Below, in pieces: positions 35,791 to 44,718 of a stretch of DNA of 64,000 nucleotides; within the stretch, counting starts at the first letter, position 1; each line of letters starts with the position of its first letter. Below the pieces are notes generated by a model, which did no database searches, had not been told where the DNA came from, and was given only the letters and a program-made list of their open reading frames with translations. The stretch lies in the NCBI RefSeq assembly GCF_015058625.1, contig NZ_SVCA01000005.1. One strand, 5' to 3'. The DNA is from Selenomonas ruminantium (GTDB lineage Bacteria; Bacillota; Negativicutes; Selenomonadales; Selenomonadaceae). The position numbers were made by a program, and so were the translations under genes.

Positions 35791-37110
35791 ATGAAGAAGA
35801 CTCTCGTATCCGCTCTGACGACCGCTCTGGTTGTCGGTGCAGCCAGCACGACTTTCGCTGCTGCAAATCCGTTCTCCGATGTTCCTGCTGACCATTGGGC
35901 ATATGACGCTGTAAGCCAGCTGGCTGCTGACGGCGTTATCGAAGGTTATGGCGACAGCACCTTCAAGGGCAACCGTAACATCACTCGTTACGAAATGGCT
36001 CAGATGGTAGCAAAAGCTATGGCTAAGAACACCTCCGGCGCTGACAAAGCTCTGGTTGACAAACTGGCTGCTGAATTCGCTGAAGAACTCAACAACCTCG
36101 GTGTTCGCGTAGCTAAGCTCGAACGCAATGCTGACATGGTTAAATGGAATGGTAAGGCTGAATATACCTTCACCCGTAACCATTTCGAAGGTCAGGATCG
36201 TGCGGCTGATCGTGATTCCAACAACAACAAGTTCCTGTTCCGTCTCGAACCCAGCGCTGAAGTAAATGCTAACTGGCATGTAAAGGCACGTCTCGATGCT
36301 TGGACGGATTCCTCTACGGACTCTAACGGCATTAATGATGCTACTAGTAGTAAAGTTGAACTGAAGCGCATTTGGGCTCAGGGCGACTACAAGAACTTCC
36401 AGGTTCGTATTGGTAAGATGGGCAACAAGATTGCCGACGACCTCGTATTCGATGATCCGTTCTCCGGTGTTGACGTAACTTTCGGTAAAAACGTGAAGGC
36501 TACGCTGGCTTATGGCCGTGTGAATAGTGGTACAAATGATGCGTTCGGATATGCAAAGAAAATGGAAAAGGCAACCAATAACCAGTATGACGCAACTGAA
36601 GAGGCTTCTACTTACTGGGGGATCGGTCTGAACTATGATGCTGGCAAGAAACTGACGGCACGCGCTGCTTTCCAGCGTTTTGCCCTTGGGGATATCACCT
36701 TTACTGAGGACGGGGTTAATTACAAGACTGAGAACGTTGATGCAATTAACGTTTGGTCAGTTGGTGCTGGCTACAAGTTTGACAAGAACTTTGCTATTAA
36801 CGGTGCTTATGCTCGTGCAAACACGGATGAGCAGAAATCGGCTTTTGCTTATGGCGTAAGCTATAAAGGCGCTCAGGCAGCCAACAAGGGCACTTGGGGC
36901 GCATGGATTGGCTATCGTTATCTCGGTGCTGGCGCTGCTTTCCATCCGACCTATGATGTTGTTAAGTCCGGCTACAAAGGTCTCGAACTCGGCGTTAAGT
37001 ATGTTCCCTGGAAGAACATCGTAACGCAGGTTCAGTACGGTACTGGCAGCAACATCGCTACCAACACGAAGTACAACACGCTGTTTGGCCGCGTTGAATT
37101 CTTGTTCTAA
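35791..37110 (+). CDS. ompM: SLH-domain outer-membrane porin, OmpM/Mep45-like, copy 1
   Basis: A signal peptide is followed by an N-terminal S-layer-homology domain (FSDVPADHWAYDAVSQLAADGVIEGYGDSTFKGNRNITRYEMAQMVAKA). A coiled linker and a C-terminal beta-barrel follow. The barrel ends in the beta-signal ...TLFGRVEFLF. The architecture is characteristic of Negativicutes OmpM, the outer-membrane to peptidoglycan tether. Confidence 0.8.
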   Translation: MKKTLVSALTTALVVGAASTTFAAANPFSDVPADHWAYDAVSQLAADGVIEGYGDSTFKGNRNITRYEMAQMVAKAMAKNTSGADKALVDKLAAEFAEELNNLGVRVAKLERNADMVKWNGKAEYTFTRNHFEGQDRAADRDSNNNKFLFRLEPSAEVNANWHVKARLDAWTDSSTDSNGINDATSSKVELKRIWAQGDYKNFQVRIGKMGNKIADDLVFDDPFSGVDVTFGKNVKATLAYGRVNSGTNDAFGYAKKMEKATNNQYDATEEASTYWGIGLNYDAGKKLTARAAFQRFALGDITFTEDGVNYKTENVDAINVWSVGAGYKFDKNFAINGAYARANTDEQKSAFAYGVSYKGAQAANKGTWGAWIGYRYLGAGAAFHPTYDVVKSGYKGLELGVKYVPWKNIVTQVQYGTGSNIATNTKYNTLFGRVEFLF

Positions 37111-37129
37111 TATCTGTTTAACAGGGTAT

Positions 37130-37167
37130 AAAGACCTCTGCTTCGGCGGAGGTCTTTATTTTTTTTA
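37130..37167 (+). terminator. Rho-independent terminator after ompM copy 1
   Basis: The stem AAAGACCTCTGC / GCGGAGGTCTTT with loop TTCG is followed by ATTTTTTTTT. Confidence 0.8.
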
Positions 37168-37200
37168 TGGGATTTCAACGCATTTTTTATAGATTTTCTC

Positions 37201-37346
37201 TTGCAAAGAGTTTTAGATTATGGTATCATGAGAGAGGTCTTAGAAGACGGTTAGAAACGCTTTGAGGAAACATGGACACTCACAGATTTTTCTGCTCCGC
37301 CTTCGAGACGAATGTTAATTCTATTTTACAGAAGGAGGAGTTTCTC
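37201..37346 (+). promoter_or_regulatory. Promoter (TTGCAA-17-TATCAT, extended -10 TGgTATCAT) plus conserved leader of ompM copy 2
   Basis: TTGCAA is at 37201-37206 and TATCAT at 37224-37229. The leader is homologous to copies 1 and 3. Confidence 0.55.
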
Positions 37347-38660
37347 ATGAAGAAGACTCTCGTATCCGCTCTGACGACCGCTCTGGTTGTTGGTGCAGCT
37401 AGCACGACTTTCGCTGCTGCAAATCCGTTCTCCGATGTTCCTGCTGATCATTGGGCTTATGACGCTGTAAGCCAGTTGGCTGCTGATGGCGTTATCGAAG
37501 GCTATGGCGACAGCACCTTCAAGGGCAACCGTAACATCACTCGTTACGAAATGGCTCAGATGGTAGCTAAAGCTATGGCTAAGAACACTTCCGGCGCTGA
37601 CAAAGCTCTGGTTGACAAACTGGCTGCTGAATTCGCTGAAGAACTCAACAACCTGGGCGTTCGCGTAGCTAAACTCGAACGCAACGCTGATATGGTTAAG
37701 TGGAACGGCAAGGCTGAATACACCTTCACCCGTAACCATTTCGAAGGTCAGGATCGTGCGGCTGATCGTACTTCCAACAACAACAAGTTCCTGTTCCGTC
37801 TCGAACCCAGCGCTGAAGTAAATGCTAACTGGCATGTAAAGGCACGTCTCGATGCTTGGACGGATTCTTCCACGGATAATGGTGATGCTGATAACAGCCA
37901 GAAAGTTGAACTGAAGCGTATCTGGGCACAGGGCGACTACAAGAACTTCCAGGTTCGCATTGGTAAGATGGGCAACAAGATTGAAGATCAACTCGTATTC
38001 GATGATCCGTTCTCCGGTGTTGATGTAACTTTCGGTAAAAAAGTGAAGGCTACGCTGGCTTATGGCCGTGTGAATAGTGGTACAAATGATGCGTTCGGAT
38101 ATGCAAAGAAAATGGCAAAAGCAACCAATAACCTGTATGACGCAACTGAAGAGGCTGCTAATTACTGGGGGATCGGTCTGAACTATGATGCTGGCAAGAA
38201 ACTGACGGCACGCGCTGCTTTCCAGCGTTTTGCCCTTGGGGATATCACCTTTACTGAGGACGGGGTTAATTACAAGACTGAGAACGTTGATGCAATTAAC
38301 GTTTGGTCAGTTGGTGCTGGCTACAAGTTTGACAAGAACTTTGCTATTAACGGTGCTTATGCTCGTGCAAACACGGATGAGCAGAAATCGGCTTTTGCTT
38401 ATGGCGTAAGCTATAAAGGCGCTCAGGCAGCCAACAAGGGCACTTGGGGCGCATGGATTGGCTATCGTTATCTCGGTGCTGGCGCTGCTTTCCATCCGAC
38501 CTATGATGTTGTTAAGTCCGGCTACAAAGGTCTCGAACTCGGCGTTAAGTATGTTCCCTGGAAGAACATCGTAACGCAGGTTCAGTACGGTACTGGCAGC
38601 AACATCGCTACCAACACGAAGTACAACACGCTGTTCGGCCGCGTTGAATTCCTGTTCTAA
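37347..38660 (+). CDS. ompM: SLH-domain outer-membrane porin, OmpM/Mep45-like, copy 2
   Basis: ATG at 37347 follows the GAAGGAGGAG RBS. The listed ORF start 37272 is a leader extension. The protein is near-identical to copy 1 except for short variable segments. The 3' roughly 500 bp are identical at DNA level to copy 1. Confidence 0.8.
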   Translation: MKKTLVSALTTALVVGAASTTFAAANPFSDVPADHWAYDAVSQLAADGVIEGYGDSTFKGNRNITRYEMAQMVAKAMAKNTSGADKALVDKLAAEFAEELNNLGVRVAKLERNADMVKWNGKAEYTFTRNHFEGQDRAADRTSNNNKFLFRLEPSAEVNANWHVKARLDAWTDSSTDNGDADNSQKVELKRIWAQGDYKNFQVRIGKMGNKIEDQLVFDDPFSGVDVTFGKKVKATLAYGRVNSGTNDAFGYAKKMAKATNNLYDATEEAANYWGIGLNYDAGKKLTARAAFQRFALGDITFTEDGVNYKTENVDAINVWSVGAGYKFDKNFAINGAYARANTDEQKSAFAYGVSYKGAQAANKGTWGAWIGYRYLGAGAAFHPTYDVVKSGYKGLELGVKYVPWKNIVTQVQYGTGSNIATNTKYNTLFGRVEFLF

Positions 38661-38691
38661 TCTAGCGATTAGCAGATTATACGCAATAAAC

Positions 38692-38727
38692 AAAGACCTT
38701 CACTTCAGTGGAGGTCTTTTATTTTTG
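38692..38727 (+). terminator. Rho-independent terminator after ompM copy 2
   Basis: The stem AAAGACCTTCAC / GTGGAGGTCTTT with loop TTCA is followed by TATTTTTG. Confidence 0.8.
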
Positions 38728-38768
38728 CTTTTTAATGTAAATTTAATTCAATTTTAATGGTTTTCTAC

Positions 38769-38914
38769 TTGTAAATAACTAAGAATTATGATAAGATGAC
38801 TACTGTCTTGGAAGACAGATAGAAATGCTTTGAGGAAACATGGACACTCACAGATTCTTCTATTCCACCTTCAAGACGAAGATTAATTCTATTTTACAGA
38901 AGGAGGAGTTTCTC
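38769..38914 (+). promoter_or_regulatory. Promoter (TTGTAA-17-TAAGAT, extended -10 TGaTAAGAT) plus conserved leader of ompM copy 3
   Basis: TTGTAA is at 38769-38774 and TGATAAGAT at 38789-38797. The leader is homologous to copies 1 and 2. Confidence 0.5.
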
Positions 38915-40198
38915 ATGAAGAAGACTCTCGTATCCGCTCTGACGACCGCTCTGGTTGTTGGTGCAGCTAGCACGACTTTCGCTGCTGCAAATCCGTTCTC
39001 CGATGTGCCTGCTGACCATTGGGCATACGACGCTGTAAGCCAGCTGGCTGCTGACGGCGTTATCGAAGGCTATGGCGATAGCACCTTCAAGGGTAACCGT
39101 AACATCACTCGTTACGAAATGGCTCAGATGGTAGCAAAAGCTATGGCTAAGAATACTTCCGGCGCTGATAAAGCTCTGGTTGACAAACTGGCTGCTGAAT
39201 TCGCGGAAGAACTCAACAACCTGGGTGTTCGCGTAGCTAAGCTCGAACGCAATGCTGACATGGTGAAATGGAACGGCAAGGCTGAATACACCTTCACGCG
39301 TAACCATTTCGAAGGCAAAACCAATGCTGAAGATCGCGATGAAAACGATAACAAGTTCTTGTTCCGTCTCGAACCCAGTGCTGAAGTAAATGCTAACTGG
39401 CATGTAAATGCACGTCTCGATGCTTGGATTGATTCTGCTAATGATGGCGCTAAGGTGAAGTCTACTGGTGCGGTAGATGATGGCACCAAAGTAGAACTGA
39501 AACGTATCTGGGCACAGGGCGACTACAAGAACTTCACGGTTAAAGCTGGTAAGTTCGCCAACACCATCGCTAATGACCTCGTGTTTGATGACCCGTTCTC
39601 TGGTGTTGAATTAGCTTTCGGTAAGCAGCTGAAAGGTATTGTGGACTATGGTCGCGTAAAAGCTGACACGCTTAATGAAGGTAAGATCGGTATCCCTGAT
39701 GTTTCCACTTATTGGGGCGTTGGTGTGAAATATGATGCTGGCAAAAAGCTGAGTGCTCGTGCTGGCTATCAGAACTTCAACCTGGACAACAAGGGCTGGG
39801 TTGCTGAGAACGAAGATAAAATTGGCATTTGGTCCATCGGTGCTGGTTACAAGTTCGACAAGAACTTTGCTATTGATGCTACTTACGCTCGTTCCAGCCT
39901 CGATGAAAAAGTTAGCAACGAAAAGACTGCTTTCGCTTATGGCGTATCCTATAAGGGTGCACAGGCTGCCAACAAGGGTTCCTGGGGTGCTTGGGTAGGC
40001 TACCGTTACCTCGGTGCTGCCGCTGCTCTCCATCCGACCTATGATGTTGTTAAGTCCGGCTACAAAGGCCTCGAACTCGGCGTTAAGTATGTTCCGTTCA
40101 AGAACATCATCACGCAGGTTCAGTATGGTACTGGCAGCAAGATTGCTGACAACACGAAGTACAACACCCTGTTCGGCCGCGTTGAATTCCTGTTCTAA
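38915..40198 (+). CDS. ompM: SLH-domain outer-membrane porin, OmpM/Mep45-like, copy 3 (divergent barrel)
   Basis: ATG at 38915 follows the same RBS. The SLH domain is identical to copies 1 and 2. The barrel portion is about 65-70% identical and ends in the same beta-signal ...LFGRVEFLF. Confidence 0.8.
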   Translation: MKKTLVSALTTALVVGAASTTFAAANPFSDVPADHWAYDAVSQLAADGVIEGYGDSTFKGNRNITRYEMAQMVAKAMAKNTSGADKALVDKLAAEFAEELNNLGVRVAKLERNADMVKWNGKAEYTFTRNHFEGKTNAEDRDENDNKFLFRLEPSAEVNANWHVNARLDAWIDSANDGAKVKSTGAVDDGTKVELKRIWAQGDYKNFTVKAGKFANTIANDLVFDDPFSGVELAFGKQLKGIVDYGRVKADTLNEGKIGIPDVSTYWGVGVKYDAGKKLSARAGYQNFNLDNKGWVAENEDKIGIWSIGAGYKFDKNFAIDATYARSSLDEKVSNEKTAFAYGVSYKGAQAANKGSWGAWVGYRYLGAAAALHPTYDVVKSGYKGLELGVKYVPFKNIITQVQYGTGSKIADNTKYNTLFGRVEFLF

Positions 40199-40229
40199 TC
40201 AACCGATTAGCAGATTATATGCAACTAAC

Positions 40230-40262
40230 AAAGACCTCCACTTTGGTGGAGGTCTTTTCTTG
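40230..40262 (+). terminator. Terminator after ompM copy 3
   Basis: The stem AAAGACCTCCAC / GTGGAGGTCTTT with loop TTTG is followed by TCTTGC. Its T-run is weaker than in the other two copies. Confidence 0.6.
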
Positions 40263-40699
40263 CAGTTTATGCTGATTTGTGCTAGACTAAAGACAGATAA
40301 AAAAGACCACCGATAGACGGCGTGTTTTCCCAGCTCGTTGGTTAATATCGGCATATAAGTTACGAATAACCGTCAAGTGTAGGAGCTCAGGCGGTTATTT
40401 CTTTTTCAGAACGATGATAATAAGCAACAGCATTAAAAGCTGAAATGACATATCACTCACCATTATGACCCCGCTTTCTCTAAGGGATTACGACCCTTTC
40501 TGCGAGGAAAATACGCCGCCTACCGTTATGGTGGCCAGCACACAGGATGTGCGCTAGATATAGTATAACAGATTTAATGTTTTTGACAAGTCAATTTCAA
40601 CGAAAGCCCGTGCTGGCTTATTCCTAAGCGATTTACACGCGAAGCGTGTACTAGCGCAGGAATAAGTCATCAAGGTCTTTTCGGTATAGAACTTTGCTA

Positions 40700-41350
40700 T
40701 TATTCCTCTGCCAGTGTATCTTTTAACAGCTGTTGCTGTTCTTTATTCATCGTGATTTTTCCGTGAAGCAGGGAGATAAGCCCTGCTTCTTTTAGTTTTA
40801 CCACGCCGCGGTTGACGGTTTTTACACTGGTGCCGATGTCGTCGGCAATTTGCTGGCGGCTGGTGTGGAGGATGAAGAGGTCGGTTTCGATATCGCCGAG
40901 GCGTTTTAAGAGGTAGCCATGGAGGCGGTCAAGGCTGGGCAGGAATTTCACGCGGCCTGCTTCGTTGGAGGTCGGGTACATCTTGGCGGCCAGCAGCTGA
41001 GCGACAGCTACGGCGAAGTCGTTGTCAATGCGCATCCACTGCAGGAAGGTTTCGGCTCGCATGGCGATGACTTCGCAGGTGGAGCTGGCTTCATTGGAGG
41101 CGGCGTAAAGCTGCTGGCCAGCCAATACTTCTAAATCACCAATCAAATCGGGCACATCAAGGGAACCAAAGGTATAGCGCTGACCACTGGCAAATTCGTT
41201 GCTGACGCGGGTTTCGCCCTTGGTCAGCAGATAGACGTGCTTTGCTTCCTCGCCCTTGCGGACAATGGACTCGCCGGGCAGGTAGACTTTATGAGTGGTC
41301 TGCCGTTTGATGTCGGCAGGCATATGGTCAAGGATGTATTGCAATTTCAT
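40700..41350 (-). CDS. Crp/Fnr family transcriptional regulator (cNMP-binding domain plus C-terminal HTH)
   Basis: The N-terminus has a cNMP-binding beta-roll (VYLPGESIVRKGEEAKHVYLLTKGETRV). The C-terminal HTH is SRQQIADDIGTSVKTVNRGVVKLKEAGLI. Confidence 0.75.
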   Translation of the reverse strand: MKLQYILDHMPADIKRQTTHKVYLPGESIVRKGEEAKHVYLLTKGETRVSNEFASGQRYTFGSLDVPDLIGDLEVLAGQQLYAASNEASSTCEVIAMRAETFLQWMRIDNDFAVAVAQLLAAKMYPTSNEAGRVKFLPSLDRLHGYLLKRLGDIETDLFILHTSRQQIADDIGTSVKTVNRGVVKLKEAGLISLLHGKITMNKEQQQLLKDTLAEE

Positions 41351-41510
41351 AGAGGCGGTTCCTTTCCGTTATAGTCAAAATACGTTTCTTTCATTATATA
41401 TGATTTTTACAAAATAAAAAAGGACATTAATTTGGACGAATGTCCTTTTTTTATTGCCTAAAAAAGGATAAACTAACAGTGAAATGAGATAAAATGGAAG
41501 GGGAGCGCGA

Positions 41511-42794
41511 ATGATGCGGAATTTGTTTGGTCATGCACTGAGTCATCCAAAGATTTGGCAGCGGGAGATCGTAGCAGGTATCACAGCATTTTTTGCGATT
41601 TCCTACATTATAATAGTCAATCCTTTGATTTTGGCGGACTCGGGGATTCCGGTGGAACTGTCCGTGTTTGCGACGATTTTTTCGTCGGTGATTGGTTGCC
41701 TCTTGATGGCGTTTGTGGCCAATGCGCCCATTGTGCTGACCCCTGGCATGGGGATTAATGCCTTCTTTACTTACACCATCTGCGTGCAGATGGGACTTAG
41801 CTGGCATGAGGCATTGGCGATTTCGCTGGTTTCGGGCTTGATTTTTGCCTTTGTGGCCTGCTCAAAATGGGCGGCCCGTCTTAGCGGTGCCGTGGCACCG
41901 TCGCTGAAATGTGCGATTACGGCAGGCATTGGCCTGTTCCTCGTGGAGATTGGTCTGGAGAAGGCGGAGCTTATCCGCCGTGGTACGAGTTCGATTATTG
42001 AGCTGGGTTCGCTGACCAATCCGGCGGCGCTGCTCGCTATCTTCGGTCTGGTGCTGAGTCTGGCTCTTTACCTGCGCAATGTGATGGGCAGTTTCTTCAT
42101 CGCCATTGTGGTGACCAGCATACTCGGTTATTTTCTGGGCGTGGGGCAGGATAGTCAGGTCAGCGTCAATCTGGCAGACATCGGTCTTTATCCGCAGCTT
42201 TTGCTGCAGGCGGATTTTTCGCGAATGCTTTCCATCCCCTTTTTGCTGGCAGTGTTTTCCATGTCCATGATTATGGTCTTTGAGACGATGGGACTCTTGG
42301 AGGGCATCCTGCCCAATCAGGCGAAGTTCCCCAAGACCTTCAAGGGTTCGGCCTTTACCACCATGGTTTCCAGCATGCTGGGCACCAGTCCGACGGTGGC
42401 GGCGGCGGAAAGTGCGGCTGGTATTGCCAGCGGCGGACGCACCGGGCTTATGGCCTTGACGGCTTCGATATTATTCATTTTGTCGCTGTTTTTCATTCCC
42501 CTGCTGGCCTATGTGCCGGCGGCGGCGATTGCTCCGGTAATCATCATCACGGGAGCAATGATGATGCAGCAGCTTCAATACATGGAGTTCAAGGATTTTT
42601 CCGAGTGGTTCCCCGCCTTCTTGGTGGTGGTGCTGATTCCGTTATCTGGCAGTATTTCGACGGGGCTGGCCTTCGGGTTCACCGCGTATCCGCTGCTCAA
42701 AATCCTGAACGGCGGCTGGCGCAATGTTCATGCGCTGAGCTACGTACTGGGCTTTCTTTTCCTCTTGAATCTTGTTTTCCAGGCAAGGTTCTAA
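41511..42794 (+). CDS. NCS2-family purine (guanine/hypoxanthine) permease, AzgA/PbuG-like
   Basis: The motifs EIVAGITAFFAISYIIIVNPLIL and LTPGMGINAFFTYTIC are diagnostic of the AzgA subfamily. It has about 12 TM segments. Confidence 0.7.
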   Translation: MMRNLFGHALSHPKIWQREIVAGITAFFAISYIIIVNPLILADSGIPVELSVFATIFSSVIGCLLMAFVANAPIVLTPGMGINAFFTYTICVQMGLSWHEALAISLVSGLIFAFVACSKWAARLSGAVAPSLKCAITAGIGLFLVEIGLEKAELIRRGTSSIIELGSLTNPAALLAIFGLVLSLALYLRNVMGSFFIAIVVTSILGYFLGVGQDSQVSVNLADIGLYPQLLLQADFSRMLSIPFLLAVFSMSMIMVFETMGLLEGILPNQAKFPKTFKGSAFTTMVSSMLGTSPTVAAAESAAGIASGGRTGLMALTASILFILSLFFIPLLAYVPAAAIAPVIIITGAMMMQQLQYMEFKDFSEWFPAFLVVVLIPLSGSISTGLAFGFTAYPLLKILNGGWRNVHALSYVLGFLFLLNLVFQARF

Positions 42795-43008
42795 TTAAAA
42801 AGAAGAATTTACATAAAGCTTTGATAAAAGGCGTGTTTGATTCCTGCAAGATCGAATACGCCTTTTGTCGTATATGGTCGAATTCGTCAGCGCAAAGGGG
42901 ACGGCTTTTATTTGTGGTGTAGAAGGATTTTTCGTGGCCTCTGTAGTATAATATAATTAGTATACCTATGGGCGTGATTCAAAAATCACACATTAAGAGG
43001 GTGATATT

Positions 43009-44718
43009 GTGGACGACAAACCTGTGATGTTAATTGTAGATGACGTGGAAATCAACCGGGTGGTGCTGACCCAGTTTTTCCAGGAAGAATATCAAATCAT
43101 GGAGGCGGAAAATGGTCAGGAGGCCATGAACATCATCGAAGACCAGGCGGTGAATATCGTGCTGGTGGATTTGGTTATGCCGGTGATGGATGGTTTTCAG
43201 GTATTGGCCATGATGAAGCGGAATGACCAGCTCGCGGGGATTCCTGTGGTTGTCATGACGGCCAATAACGATGGGGACAGCGAGGCCCGGGCCATGGAGA
43301 TGGGGGCAGCGGATTTCATTACGAAGCCCTACAATCCTACCATTGTGCGCTGCCGCATCCGTAACGTTATGGCCCGTGAGGAAAATGAGTGGCGCAAGGT
43401 AGCACAGCTGGCGCAGAACCGCCAGCTGGTCGAGATGCACCAGTATGTGGAAAAGGACAGCCTGACAGGAATTTACAATCGGGAGGCTTTTTACCGCAAG
43501 GCGGCAGAGCTGATGCAGGAGCATCATCAGACCGGGTACAGCATCGTGTATCTGGACATCAGCTGCTTCAAGGTGGTCAACGACCTGTTCCGCATCGAGA
43601 CGGGCAACCTCATTTTGAAGACGGCGGCCTTTTATTTCGATGTGCTGACGGGGGGCGGCGGTTTGTGCGCCCGCATTGAGGCGGATCATTTCGTCCTGTG
43701 CCAGCCTACGGAAAAACTGGATATGGATAAACTTATTGCGGGGCTGGACAGCACCATTCAGTCCTTGGGAATCAGCCACAATATCCTGTTTTATGCAGGG
43801 GTCTATCCGGTGGATAATGTCTTTTTGCCGGTGGATCAGATGTGTGATCGCGCGCATATGGCTATCAGCCGGATCAAGGGCCATTATATGACACGTTATG
43901 CCTTCTATGATAAGGCTATGCGGGATCAGATGATTGAGGAGCAGATGATTGTCCGCAATATGGAATATGCCCTGCATGAGGGGCAGTTCGTCATCAATCT
44001 GCAGCCGGTGTATGAGATTCCGTCCAAGAAAATCATTGGGGCGGAGGCGCTGGTACGCTGGCATTACCCCGGCGGGCACATTCCGCCCTCGAAGTTCATT
44101 CCCCTTTTTGAAAACAACGGCTTTATTGTGCGGCTGGACAGGTTTATCTGGGAGGAGGCCTGCAAGGTACTGCGGGCGCAGATTGACGCAGGCTTTAATC
44201 CTGTGCCGATTTCGGTGAACATTTCGCGGCTGAATTTCTACAGTCAGGATTTGCTGGATTACTTGCAGTCCCTGATTAAGAAATACGATTTGCAGCCCAA
44301 GATGCTGAAATTGGAAATCACGGAAAGCGCCTATATGGAAAATCAGCATCAGTTGATTGCTATGGTGCGGGCTTTCCGGGGCAATGGTTTCTCCGTACTT
44401 ATGGACGATTTTGGCAGCGGCTTTTCCTCGCTGTCCATGCTGAAGGACTTGCCTGTGGATGTGCTCAAAATCGATATGGCCTTTGTGCAGGAAGTGGACA
44501 AGTCCAGCCGTGCCGGGGCGATTATGGAAAGTATTGTGGAACTGGGCAAGCATCTGAATATGGATGTGGTCGTGGAAGGCGTGGAAACGCAGGAGCAGCT
44601 GAATTTTTTGAGCAAGATTGGCTGTCGGGAGATACAGGGATATTATTTTGCCAAGCCCATGGATAAGGAAACCTTTATGGGTTTGGTGCAGAGGAGTCAG
44701 GATATTTGCAACAAGTAA
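43009..44718 (+). CDS. Response-regulator receiver plus GGDEF plus EAL protein (c-di-GMP turnover)
   Basis: GTG start with an AAGAGGG RBS. The REC domain is MLIVDDVEINRVV...VDLVMPVMDG. A GGDEF-like domain (DSLTGIYNREAF...) and an EAL domain (EALVRWHYPGG..., DDFGSGFSSLSMLKDLPVDVLKIDMAF) follow. Confidence 0.75.
   Translation: MDDKPVMLIVDDVEINRVVLTQFFQEEYQIMEAENGQEAMNIIEDQAVNIVLVDLVMPVMDGFQVLAMMKRNDQLAGIPVVVMTANNDGDSEARAMEMGAADFITKPYNPTIVRCRIRNVMAREENEWRKVAQLAQNRQLVEMHQYVEKDSLTGIYNREAFYRKAAELMQEHHQTGYSIVYLDISCFKVVNDLFRIETGNLILKTAAFYFDVLTGGGGLCARIEADHFVLCQPTEKLDMDKLIAGLDSTIQSLGISHNILFYAGVYPVDNVFLPVDQMCDRAHMAISRIKGHYMTRYAFYDKAMRDQMIEEQMIVRNMEYALHEGQFVINLQPVYEIPSKKIIGAEALVRWHYPGGHIPPSKFIPLFENNGFIVRLDRFIWEEACKVLRAQIDAGFNPVPISVNISRLNFYSQDLLDYLQSLIKKYDLQPKMLKLEITESAYMENQHQLIAMVRAFRGNGFSVLMDDFGSGFSSLSMLKDLPVDVLKIDMAFVQEVDKSSRAGAIMESIVELGKHLNMDVVVEGVETQEQLNFLSKIGCREIQGYYFAKPMDKETFMGLVQRSQDICNK

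Noticed and set aside
35770-39489. Minus-strand ORFs inside the three ompM genes (35770-36279, 37326-37991, 38894-39403, 39124-39489, 39611-40033)
   Set aside because: Shadow ORFs repeated in each paralog, antisense to well-supported SLH-porin coding sequence. They have no RBS or independent signal.
41351-41510. Guanine riboswitch upstream of the AzgA-like purine permease
   Set aside because: The conserved G-box core sequences were searched for by eye and are absent. Only a simple symmetric hairpin is present.
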